From the NCBI GenBank assembly GCA_028711115.1, contig JAQTSV010000001.1, positions 390,032 to 454,031 on the forward strand: a stretch of 64,000 bases of DNA. Direction: 5' to 3'. The notes beneath the pieces were generated by a model. It ran no database searches. It was not told the DNA's origin and saw only the letters and a program-made list of their open reading frames with translations. Positions within the stretch are counted from its first letter, which is position 1; each line of letters starts with the position of its first letter. A program made the position numbers and the translations under genes. Shown one piece after another: positions 55,853-64,000 of the stretch. The DNA comes from Candidatus Omnitrophota bacterium. GTDB lineage: Bacteria > Omnitrophota > Gorgyraeia > Velamenicoccales > JABMQK01.

Positions 55853-57280
55853 ATGCCGACAAATCCTATCCAGATTTATAATTCATTATCCGGGAAAAAA
55901 GAGCTATTCGAGCCTTTGAAGCCGCCGAAGGTAAATATCTATACCTGCGGAGTGACTGTTTATGATGATTGCCACATCGGCCACGCCAGAAGCCTTTATA
56001 TCTTTGACGTTATGCGGCGTTATCTGGAATATAAAAAATACAAAGTTAATTTTGTGCGAAATATTACCGATATCGACGATAAAATCATAAACCGCGCGCG
56101 CCAGGAAAATAAAGGCGAGCCGCTTATAGAGACTACCAAGTCAGTCACCGATAAATATATCCAAAGTTATTATAAAGATTTAGAGTCTTTGGGAATAAAA
56201 AAAGCAGATTTTGAGCCCAGGGCTACCGAAAATATCCCTGAAATGGTTGAATATATAAAGTTACTAATTGATAAAGGCTACGCCTATGTCACAAATACCG
56301 GCGTTTATTTTAGCGTGCGTAAATTCCAAAATTACGGGCAACTTTCCCACCAGTCAATTGACCAGATGTTGACGGGTGTCAGAAAAGAAGCTGACGAGAC
56401 AAAAAATGACCCTTTGGATTTCGCTCTTTGGAAATTATCCAAACCCGACGAGCCCAAATGGCAAAGCCCCTGGGGAGAAGGAAGGCCAGGATGGCATATT
56501 GAGTGCTCTGTAATGAGCCAGAAATTTCTAAAAACCGAAACCTTGGATATTCACGCTGGAGGATTGGATTTAGTTTTCCCTCACCACGAAAACGAAATCG
56601 CCCAGGCCGAGGCATTAACCGGAAAACCATTTGCAAAATACTGGATTCATCACGGCCTTTTAACCATAAACGGCCACAAAATGTCCAAGTCATTAGGGAA
56701 TTTCGTGACTGTTTCTCAGTTCCTGGAAAAATACGAAGTCGATATATTAAAATTGTTCTTTTTGACAGCACACTACAAATCTTCTATTGATTACACGCAG
56801 GAAAAAATCGAGATAGCAAAGAAAAACAAAGAAGAAATAGATAGATTTTTCTCTCAGTATTTATTTGGGAAGAAAGATAAGTTAAGTAAAGAAGACAAGG
56901 AGGCGATTGATAGAATTGTTGAGAATTTTAATTTGGTTATGTCTGATGATTTTAATACGCCGCGTGCATTGGCAGAAGTATTTGGAGCGGTTAACTTAGG
57001 TAGTAACTATGTTGTGCAAGATAAAGTTTCAGCATTAAATTATTTACGAGAGAAAATAAGTGATTTGTTAGATATACTTGGCATTTCTCCCGAGAAAGAA
57101 ATAGATGAAAAAACAAAAAAGCAATTAGAAAAATTATTAAAAGAACGCCAAGAAGCGAGAGAAAGAAAAGATTATAAGCGAGCTGATCAAATAAGAGAAG
57201 AAATAAGAAACAAGGGATTTGTAATTTCGGACACAGGAAGTAGTTTTAGCATTACCTCCCATAGAATAAATGAAAGGTAA
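55853..57280 (+). CDS. cysS: Cysteinyl-tRNA synthetase
   Basis: HIGH (CHIGHARS) and KMSKS motifs, full-length CysRS. Confidence 0.95.
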   Translation: MPTNPIQIYNSLSGKKELFEPLKPPKVNIYTCGVTVYDDCHIGHARSLYIFDVMRRYLEYKKYKVNFVRNITDIDDKIINRARQENKGEPLIETTKSVTDKYIQSYYKDLESLGIKKADFEPRATENIPEMVEYIKLLIDKGYAYVTNTGVYFSVRKFQNYGQLSHQSIDQMLTGVRKEADETKNDPLDFALWKLSKPDEPKWQSPWGEGRPGWHIECSVMSQKFLKTETLDIHAGGLDLVFPHHENEIAQAEALTGKPFAKYWIHHGLLTINGHKMSKSLGNFVTVSQFLEKYEVDILKLFFLTAHYKSSIDYTQEKIEIAKKNKEEIDRFFSQYLFGKKDKLSKEDKEAIDRIVENFNLVMSDDFNTPRALAEVFGAVNLGSNYVVQDKVSALNYLREKISDLLDILGISPEKEIDEKTKKQLEKLLKERQEARERKDYKRADQIREEIRNKGFVISDTGSSFSITSHRINER

Positions 57281-57890
57281 ATTTATTACATTCGAAGGGC
57301 CGGAGAAGAGCGGCAAAAGCACGCAGGCAAAGCTCTTAAAAAAATATTTGTCAAAAAAGGGTTTTTCCTGTTTGTTTATAAGGGAACCCGGAAGCACAAC
57401 TTTGGGCGAAAAAATAAGAAAGATACTTTTGGATAAAAGAAATACCCATATTACACATACCGCAGAAATGCTTTTATATATGGCGGCGCGCGCCCAGATT
57501 ATTAATAAAATAATCGAGCCGGCGCTCAAAAAAGGGCAAATTGTTATTTGTGACAGGTTTTTAGATTCAACCATTGTTTATCAGGGTTATGGTTTGGGTA
57601 TGGATATAAGCTTAATAAAGGAAATAGGTGAATTCGTAACCCGAGGCATCAAGCCGGACATTACCATTTTACTGGATTTAGGCGCCAAGGAGAGTTTGTT
57701 TAAGGAGAATCATAAAAAAGACAGGATAGAATTGCGTTCCAGAGGTTATCATAATAAAGTAAGAAAAGGTTATCTAGCCCTGGCAGAAAAATATCCCCGC
57801 CGCATAAAAATAGTCTGCGTGCAGGATAATGTTTTTTCCACACAAAAAGAGATACGAAAGGTCGTCGATAAATGTCTTTTAAAGAAATAG
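57270..57890 (+). CDS. tmk: Thymidylate kinase
   Basis: FITFEGPEKSGKSTQ P-loop and DRF..S..VYQG motif. Confidence 0.9.
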   Translation: MKGKFITFEGPEKSGKSTQAKLLKKYLSKKGFSCLFIREPGSTTLGEKIRKILLDKRNTHITHTAEMLLYMAARAQIINKIIEPALKKGQIVICDRFLDSTIVYQGYGLGMDISLIKEIGEFVTRGIKPDITILLDLGAKESLFKENHKKDRIELRSRGYHNKVRKGYLALAEKYPRRIKIVCVQDNVFSTQKEIRKVVDKCLLKK

Positions 57891-58849
57891 TAAACCAGGA
57901 CCACATCGTCAATTTTTTATTGTCTTCATACAAGGCCGATAGAATTTCCGGCGCCTATTTATTTCTCGGCAGTGACGGCATAGGCAGGACCAAGATGGCA
58001 AAAGAATTTGCCAAATTGATAAATTGTAAGAATGCCAAAGGAGACTGTTGTGACGTATGCCCGTCCTGCAAGAAAATCGAAGAAGGTAATTATGTCGATA
58101 TACACTGGTTTAAACCCATAAATAATGCAATTACTATTTCTCAAGTCAGGGAACTGGAAAAATATGTGTATTTGAAACCTTACGAGTCTGATAAGAAGGT
58201 ATTTATCATCTGCGACGCGCAATGCCTGACAGAGGAATCTTCCAATGCACTCTTAAAGACCCTGGAAGAGCCTACCGATGACTCGGTAATTATTCTCATA
58301 GCAAACGATATATCCGCTTTGCTTCCTACTATAACCTCGCGCTGCCAAAAGGTCATATTCAATTCTATCGATGAGGCAGGTATAGAGGATATTTTGGTGC
58401 ATAAGCATAAAGTCCCGTTGTCTCACGCGCATTTTATAAGTTATCTTGCGGAAGGCAGCCCGGGCAAGGCCCTAGAGTTCAAAGATTTAAGAGAGGATTT
58501 ATTGCAAAAAAGGAGCCATATCCTGAATTCGGTTTATTTCAGGAAATTTTCTTTATTCAAGATGGAGGAATTCAGCATAAAGGATAATACCCAGAAGAGA
58601 AAAAGCATAAATCTCCTGCTGGATATTTTGTTGTCTTGGTTTCGGGATTTGCTTGTGGTTAAAACCGGAGTAGACACTCCGCTGATTAATCTGGATAAGA
58701 AAGAGGATTTGTTGAAACTGAATAATCAATACAGCCGTGAAGAACTGATTAAAAATATTTCTACTATCTGTGATACAAAATTTTTCATCAATAGCAATCT
58801 GAATGTAAAGCTAACGCTTTCTAAAATGAGGTCAGACTTATGGAAATAG
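57872..58849 (+). CDS. holB: DNA polymerase III subunit delta'
   Basis: AYLF.G..GIGRT, Cys-rich zinc module CCDVCPSCKK, and SRCQ motif. Confidence 0.85.
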   Translation: MSFKEIVNQDHIVNFLLSSYKADRISGAYLFLGSDGIGRTKMAKEFAKLINCKNAKGDCCDVCPSCKKIEEGNYVDIHWFKPINNAITISQVRELEKYVYLKPYESDKKVFIICDAQCLTEESSNALLKTLEEPTDDSVIILIANDISALLPTITSRCQKVIFNSIDEAGIEDILVHKHKVPLSHAHFISYLAEGSPGKALEFKDLREDLLQKRSHILNSVYFRKFSLFKMEEFSIKDNTQKRKSINLLLDILLSWFRDLLVVKTGVDTPLINLDKKEDLLKLNNQYSREELIKNISTICDTKFFINSNLNVKLTLSKMRSDLWK

Positions 58850-59619
58850 CTCAGGTAAGATTAAGAGAATCGAATAATGTCGCCTGGTATAAGATAAATA
58901 ACCTGACAGTTAAAACCGGAGATTATGTTATTGTTGAGGCAGAGCGGGGCATTGATTACGGACAGATAAACAGCGATGCGCTAAAGCAGGAGCAAACCGA
59001 AGAATCTCTGAAGCCGATACTGCGCATAGCTACTCCGGATGACTTAAGGCAGATAGAAGAGAACAGAAAAAAGGCCAAGGATTCATTTGATATTTGTCTG
59101 GGCAAAATCGGAGAGCATAAGTTAAATATGAAATTGGTCAGTTGCGAATATTCCTTTGACCGCAGCAAGATTCTGTTCTATTTTACCGCCGATAATCGCG
59201 TGGATTTCCGCAATTTAGTCAAGGATTTAGCCAGGATATTCAAGGCGCGCATAGAGATGCGCCAGATTGGTGTAAGGGACGAAGCAAAACTTTTCGGCGG
59301 ATTCGGCCCCTGTGGCAGAGAATTATGCTGTTCCAAGTTTTTAAAGGATTTTGAGCCGGTTACAATCAAAATGGCCAAAGGCCAGGGGCTTCCTGTGAAT
59401 CTTCCCAAGATTTCCGGATTGTGCGGAAGGCTTATGTGTTGCTTATCGTACGAATACGAATGTTACCGTCAGCTATGCAAAGATCTTCCCAGAGAGGGCG
59501 ATAAGATTGATACACCTCAAGGCAAAGGCAAGGTTATAAGTGTCAGCGCCTTGCGTAAGGCTGTTTTGGTCGAAATTGCCGACGGAAAACGCATAGAGAT
59601 AATATATAATAAACAGTAA
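58840..59619 (+). CDS. ricT: PSP1-domain protein (YaaT/RicT-like)
   Basis: PSP1 core (FYFTADNRVDFR.LVKDLA..FK.RIEMRQIG.RD) plus a C-terminal Cys cluster. Conserved position after holB. Confidence 0.85.
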   Translation: MEIAQVRLRESNNVAWYKINNLTVKTGDYVIVEAERGIDYGQINSDALKQEQTEESLKPILRIATPDDLRQIEENRKKAKDSFDICLGKIGEHKLNMKLVSCEYSFDRSKILFYFTADNRVDFRNLVKDLARIFKARIEMRQIGVRDEAKLFGGFGPCGRELCCSKFLKDFEPVTIKMAKGQGLPVNLPKISGLCGRLMCCLSYEYECYRQLCKDLPREGDKIDTPQGKGKVISVSALRKAVLVEIADGKRIEIIYNKQ

Positions 59620-59634
59620 AAAGGTTTAAGCACC

Positions 59635-61122
59635 GTGAAAAATAAATTTTACGTTACCACGCCGTTATATTATGTAAATGCCTCGCCGCATATTGGCCAC
59701 TCCTATACAAATATCGCTGCCGACACTTTAGCCCGTTTTTATAGAAATCGTGGTTACGAAGTTTATTTTCTTACTGGAACCGATGAGCACGGGCAGAAAA
59801 TCGCCAAGGTCGCGCAGGAACAGGGATTGGATACTTTGGTTTTTGCCGACAGGATGGTCGCGGTATTTAAAGACCTTTGGCAGAAATTAAACATAAGTTA
59901 CGACGATTTTATCCGCACCACCGAGAAGCGCCACGAAGATACAGTCAGATGGATACTGGATTTCCTGCATAAAAACGGCGACATCTATCAGGATGAATAT
60001 TCCGGCTGGTATTGTGTTCCCTGCGAATCATTCTGGACGCAAGACCAGCTCATAGAGAAAATGTGCCCTGATTGCAGGCGCAGCGTAGAACACATATCGG
60101 AGTTTAATTATTTCTTCAAGCTCTCAAAATATCAGGACTGGCTTATTGATTATATAAAATCGCACCCCGATTTTATTAAACCGCAATCAAGATATAACGA
60201 AGTGTTATCTTTTCTGGAGGGGAATAAACTCCGCGATTTATGTATTTCGCGCCCAAAAGAGAGATTGTCGTGGGGGATCTCGATTCCATTCTCAGAAAAT
60301 CACGTCACTTATGTCTGGTTTGATGCGCTTATAAATTACATAAGCGCCGTGGGTTTTTCTTATGATGACAAGAAATTCAAGAAATTCTGGCCGGCAGATA
60401 TACATTTGATGGGCAAAGATATTTTAAGGCAGCATGCCATATACTGGCCGATTATACTTCGCGCGCTTGGTATTGAGCCGCCGAAGATGATTTTTGCGCA
60501 CGGCTGGTGGCTTACGTCTTCCAAAGGCGACAAACAAAAGATGTCCAAGTCAAAAGGCAATATCGTAAATCCTTTGGATATAATTAAAGAATATGGAGTG
60601 GATACTTACAGGTATTTTCTTTTGCGGGAGGTCCCTTTTGGATTGGACGGGACATTTCAGGAAGAGGCGCTGAAGAAACGTTTTAATTTTGATTTGGCTA
60701 ATGATTTGGGAAATTTAGTTTACAGAACGCTTACTATGGCGGAGAAATATTTTTCCGGAGAGATTCCGCAAAATATTGACAAGAGTTTAATCTTAGCCAA
60801 TCCCATAATGAAAATGATGGAAGGATTAGCCGGCCGTATCGATAAAGCAATGCTTAGCGTGGATTTTTCTTCAGCACTGGCTGAGATTTGGTTATTGATT
60901 AATGCCGCGAATAAATATATAGAAGAAACCAAGCCCTGGCAGTTATCCAAAGGAAAAAAGACAAAAGAGTTAGAAGAATTTATATTTATCTTGATAGAAG
61001 TGCTTAAGAAGGTGGCTTGCGAGATTTCTCCTTTTATGCCGGACACCGCTTCTAAAATCGAAGGACAGATTAAAAAAGATAAAATTAAAAAAGCTCCTCC
61101 TATTTTCCCGCGTATTGAATGA
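59635..61122 (+). CDS. metG: Methionyl-tRNA synthetase (short form)
   Basis: HIGH (PHIGHSYT), KMSKS, and zinc knuckle CVPC...CPDC. GTG start. Confidence 0.95.
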   Translation: MKNKFYVTTPLYYVNASPHIGHSYTNIAADTLARFYRNRGYEVYFLTGTDEHGQKIAKVAQEQGLDTLVFADRMVAVFKDLWQKLNISYDDFIRTTEKRHEDTVRWILDFLHKNGDIYQDEYSGWYCVPCESFWTQDQLIEKMCPDCRRSVEHISEFNYFFKLSKYQDWLIDYIKSHPDFIKPQSRYNEVLSFLEGNKLRDLCISRPKERLSWGISIPFSENHVTYVWFDALINYISAVGFSYDDKKFKKFWPADIHLMGKDILRQHAIYWPIILRALGIEPPKMIFAHGWWLTSSKGDKQKMSKSKGNIVNPLDIIKEYGVDTYRYFLLREVPFGLDGTFQEEALKKRFNFDLANDLGNLVYRTLTMAEKYFSGEIPQNIDKSLILANPIMKMMEGLAGRIDKAMLSVDFSSALAEIWLLINAANKYIEETKPWQLSKGKKTKELEEFIFILIEVLKKVACEISPFMPDTASKIEGQIKKDKIKKAPPIFPRIE

Positions 61123-61921
61123 TAGATTTATGTTGATAGACACACATTGCCATCTGGATTTTCCTCAATTTGACAATGATAGAGAAACCGTCATCCAAAG
61201 AGCCAAAGACAATCAAATAGATTATTTAATAAATGTGGGCTCAAGCATTGAATCGTCATTTAGAGCAAGAGATTTAGCCGAGAAATTCGACAATATCTTT
61301 TTTAGCTTTGGCCTGCATCCTCATTACGCAGATAAATTTGATAAAGATACGTTGAATTCCACAAAGGATGCGGGAAAATTAGAAGATTTGCTCAAGAGTA
61401 AAAAATTAGTAGCTATCGGAGAAGTAGGATTAGACTATTATAGAAATTTATCAGAAAAAGAAAAACAAAAACAGGTATTCAGAGAGTTTATCGGCTTAGC
61501 CAAAAGACTGAATTTGCCGTTAGTTATACATTGCCGAGAAAGCCAATCCGATACATACGGCATATTGCATGATGAATTAAAAAATTTCAGCCGGATTGTA
61601 TTTCATTGTTTTTCCGGCCCAGAGGATTTCTTGGATAAATGTTTGGAACAAAACGCCATGTTTTCTTTTGCAGCAAACATAACTTATCCCAAGGCAGTTA
61701 AATTGAAAGAATTGGCAAAGAAAATACCTTGGGAAAAGATTATGCTGGAAACAGATTCTCCTTTTCTGGCTCCACAGAAATTCAGAGGCCAGCGTAACGA
61801 GCCATCGTATGTCCATTTTGTGGCTCAGGAATTAGCATTGATTAAGAATGTTACTCTTCAGGAAATTTCAGACATAACGACTCAAAACGCAAAAAGATTT
61901 TTTAAATTAGATGAAAACTAA
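61115..61921 (+). CDS. tatD: TatD-family metal-dependent hydrolase
   Basis: LIDTHCHLDF, GE.GLDY, IHCR and ETDSPFL motifs. Confidence 0.9.
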   Translation: MNDRFMLIDTHCHLDFPQFDNDRETVIQRAKDNQIDYLINVGSSIESSFRARDLAEKFDNIFFSFGLHPHYADKFDKDTLNSTKDAGKLEDLLKSKKLVAIGEVGLDYYRNLSEKEKQKQVFREFIGLAKRLNLPLVIHCRESQSDTYGILHDELKNFSRIVFHCFSGPEDFLDKCLEQNAMFSFAANITYPKAVKLKELAKKIPWEKIMLETDSPFLAPQKFRGQRNEPSYVHFVAQELALIKNVTLQEISDITTQNAKRFFKLDEN

Positions 61922-63026
61922 AGTTGCATTAGCAAGGTGCAGAGAATATGGTTCTGAAGAGGTAGATAGAGCCGTAGAGAAAGTATTGGATTTATTGGGC
62001 GGTATACAAAGTATTATTAAACCAAATTCCAGAGTTTTGATTAAGCCGAATCTTTTGACGGATAGTTTGCCTGAGGAATGTATTACTACGCATCCGCGCG
62101 TTATAGAAGCGATTATCCGTGCAGTTAAAAAGGTAACTCCCAATATTTATGTGGGCGATTCTCCGGGTTATATTGGTCAAAGGATAGAAGCGGATAAGGT
62201 TTATGAAGCCACAGGCATAAAAGAAGTTTGCCGCAGGCAAGGCGTAAAGCTTGTGTATTTCGATAAAGCGGTATTAAAGAAAAATATACCGCTTACAGAT
62301 TGGCTGGAGAGCTGTGATTGTATAATAAATGTGCCTAAATTTAAGACTCATGGTCTTACTACGCTTACAGGTGCAATTAAAAACTTATTTGGTTTAGTCT
62401 TGGGAGCGCACAAGGTCAAGCTGCACAAAGAACATCTTTACAGGGATGATTTCTCTAAGCAATTAGTGGATATATTTGGATTGGTAAAACCCGCATTGAC
62501 AATTGTAGACGCGGTTATCGCCATCGAAGGCGACGGCCCCGGCTCTTCAGGTACCAGAATAGACACGGAATTAATATTGGCCAGCCAGGACGCCGTAGCC
62601 GTAGATAGCATTCTGGCTACTGTTATGGGACTTTTTCCTCTGGATATTCCTACGACAAAAGAGGCGTTTTCCAGGAAATTAGGAGAGGCCAATATCGAAA
62701 ATATGGAAATACTAGGAGAGAATTTAGGTGAATTCATACACAGCGATTTCAAGCTTCCCAAGATGAGCCTTGTTTACTGTATGCCCAAGCCATTGTTTAA
62801 GCTTGCCAGAAAATTAACGTTGCATAAGATGCAGGTAATCAGAAAACAATGCCAGTCTTGCAGAAGATGTATTGAAATATGCCCGGTAGGTGCGGTAAGT
62901 TTTAAAAAAGACAAAGCCCTTATCAATTCTAAAGAATGTATTCTTTGTGCATGTTGTCAGGAAATTTGCCCTCACAAGGCAATAACAATTCGCAGAAGTC
63001 TGTTATTGAAAATACTGGGAGCCTAA
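61911..63026 (+). CDS. DUF362-domain protein with C-terminal 2x[4Fe-4S] ferredoxin domain
   Basis: V.IKPN, NVPK.K.H, and DA..A.EG.GP DUF362-like segments. CQSCRRCIEICP and CILCACCQEICP motifs. Paralogous in type to the gene at 25950..26996. Confidence 0.8.
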   Translation: MKTKVALARCREYGSEEVDRAVEKVLDLLGGIQSIIKPNSRVLIKPNLLTDSLPEECITTHPRVIEAIIRAVKKVTPNIYVGDSPGYIGQRIEADKVYEATGIKEVCRRQGVKLVYFDKAVLKKNIPLTDWLESCDCIINVPKFKTHGLTTLTGAIKNLFGLVLGAHKVKLHKEHLYRDDFSKQLVDIFGLVKPALTIVDAVIAIEGDGPGSSGTRIDTELILASQDAVAVDSILATVMGLFPLDIPTTKEAFSRKLGEANIENMEILGENLGEFIHSDFKLPKMSLVYCMPKPLFKLARKLTLHKMQVIRKQCQSCRRCIEICPVGAVSFKKDKALINSKECILCACCQEICPHKAITIRRSLLLKILGA

Positions 63027-64000
63027 ATGAAAAATATTTTACCTTTAGCTTATTTCAAAGATCATATCAAAATAGTAGACCAGACAAAATTGCCTTTGGA
63101 GTTGAAATATGTTTCCTGCCGCAATGAAAGAGACGTATCCGACGCCATAAAAAAGATGAAGATAAGGGGCGCACCGGCAATAGGCATAGCCGGTGCCTTC
63201 GGCCTATATTTGGGTATCAGGAATTTTAAGTCAACAGATAAAGATAGGTTTATAAAAAGAACAGTAGAAGTTGCCGAATATTTAGCCGAATCCCGTCCGA
63301 CTGCCGTGAATTTATCCTGGGCTTTGGAAGAGCTAAAGAAAAAAGTATTGCATAATTACCGTAGATCTATCGGTGAATTAAAGGATATAGCTTATAAAGA
63401 AGCTGTCCATATCATGCAAGACGACCAGAAGAGGTGCCGTCTCATGGGAGCTTTCGGGGCTAAATTGATAAAGAATAAAGATGTCTGTCTTACCATATGT
63501 AACGCCGGCGGAATGGCAACATCAGGATACGGCACGGCCTTGGGCGTATTTTTTAAAGCCAAAGAAGACGGCAGAAAATTCGAGGTCTTTGCCTGTGAAA
63601 CGAGGCCATTATTACAGGGTGCCAGAATAACATCCTGGGAATTAATGCAGAAAAAAATAAAGACAACTTTAATCTGCGATAGCATGGCCGCTTCTTTGAT
63701 TAAGAGAGGTATTATAAAAAAGATATTTGTAGGCGCAGACAGAATTACCTTAAGCGGAGATTTCGCCAACAAAATAGGCACTTATAATTTGGCTGTCCTG
63801 GCAAAATTTCACAATATTCCTTTTTATGTGGTAGCGCCTCTTTCTACATTCGATAAAAATTTAAAAAGCGGCAAAGATATACCCATAGAATTCAGGAATA
63901 AAGACGAGATAACCAGTCTCTATTTTAAGAAACGCATAGCGCCTCCAGGCGTTAGAGTGGTTAATCCTGCATTTGACGTTAGCGATGCCAAATTGGTAAG
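63027..64000 (+). CDS. mtnA: S-methyl-5-thioribose-1-phosphate isomerase (3'-truncated by window edge)
   Basis: Not in the ORF track because it runs off the window. My translation from ATG 63027 gives MKNILPLAYFKDHIKIVDQTKLP...IRGAPAIGIAGAFG...SRPTAVNL...CNAG...ETRP.LQGAR.T.WEL...GADRI, typical of MtnA/eIF-2B-like isomerases. The ATG directly follows the upstream TAA. Confidence 0.85.
   Translation, partial: MKNILPLAYFKDHIKIVDQTKLPLELKYVSCRNERDVSDAIKKMKIRGAPAIGIAGAFGLYLGIRNFKSTDKDRFIKRTVEVAEYLAESRPTAVNLSWALEELKKKVLHNYRRSIGELKDIAYKEAVHIMQDDQKRCRLMGAFGAKLIKNKDVCLTICNAGGMATSGYGTALGVFFKAKEDGRKFEVFACETRPLLQGARITSWELMQKKIKTTLICDSMAASLIKRGIIKKIFVGADRITLSGDFANKIGTYNLAVLAKFHNIPFYVVAPLSTFDKNLKSGKDIPIEFRNKDEITSLYFKKRIAPPGVRVVNPAFDVSDAKLV

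Overview
This is a 64-kb stretch of a low-GC bacterial chromosome. All ~70 genes I can support lie on the + strand, tightly packed, with many 1-4 nt start/stop overlaps. I saw no rRNA, tRNA, CRISPR array, transposase or integrase. Lol (lolCE/lolD) and Mla (mlaEFD) systems point to a diderm cell. Gene order is nonetheless strikingly Firmicute-like (rho-rpmE-prfA-prmC-murA; mcsA-mcsB-clpC-radA-yacL-ispD-ispF-cysE-cysS; tmk-holB-yaaT-metG-tatD). Together with a Wood-Ljungdahl methyl-branch cluster and an acsB gene, this suggests an uncultivated anaerobic lineage, but I cannot assign a phylum from sequence alone. Most of the content is housekeeping: tgt, trmD, rplS, rnhB, folD, polA, glgA, coaE, rho, prfA, murA, trpGDCF, greA, uppP, dtd, lysS, ilvE, clpC, radA, ispDF, cysES, tmk, holB, metG, tatD and a partial mtnA. 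Candidates for undescribed biology, strongest first. (1) A translationally coupled three-gene module at 25.9-29.0 kb: a DUF362 Fe-S protein, a nucleoside-phosphorylase-fold protein lacking the phosphate-binding arginines, and an SPL-family radical SAM enzyme with an extra Cys cluster and an N-terminal extension. A second DUF362 gene abuts mtnA at the window end. (2) metF overlapping a truncated FAD-oxidoreductase-like gene that in turn overlaps a full-length acsB, with no metV/rnfC/hdr, CODH or corrinoid protein genes nearby. (3) A receiver-GGDDF protein ending in a tandem MshEN-type c-di-GMP-binding motif. (4) A strongly promoted two-gene unit pairing an unknown 105-aa protein with a divergent AdoMetDC-fold pyruvoyl-type protein. 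(5) An orphan 1103-aa GH94-like protein. (6) A 5'-truncated STT3/PglB-type oligosaccharyltransferase. All functional calls rest on motif recognition by eye, because no database search was possible.
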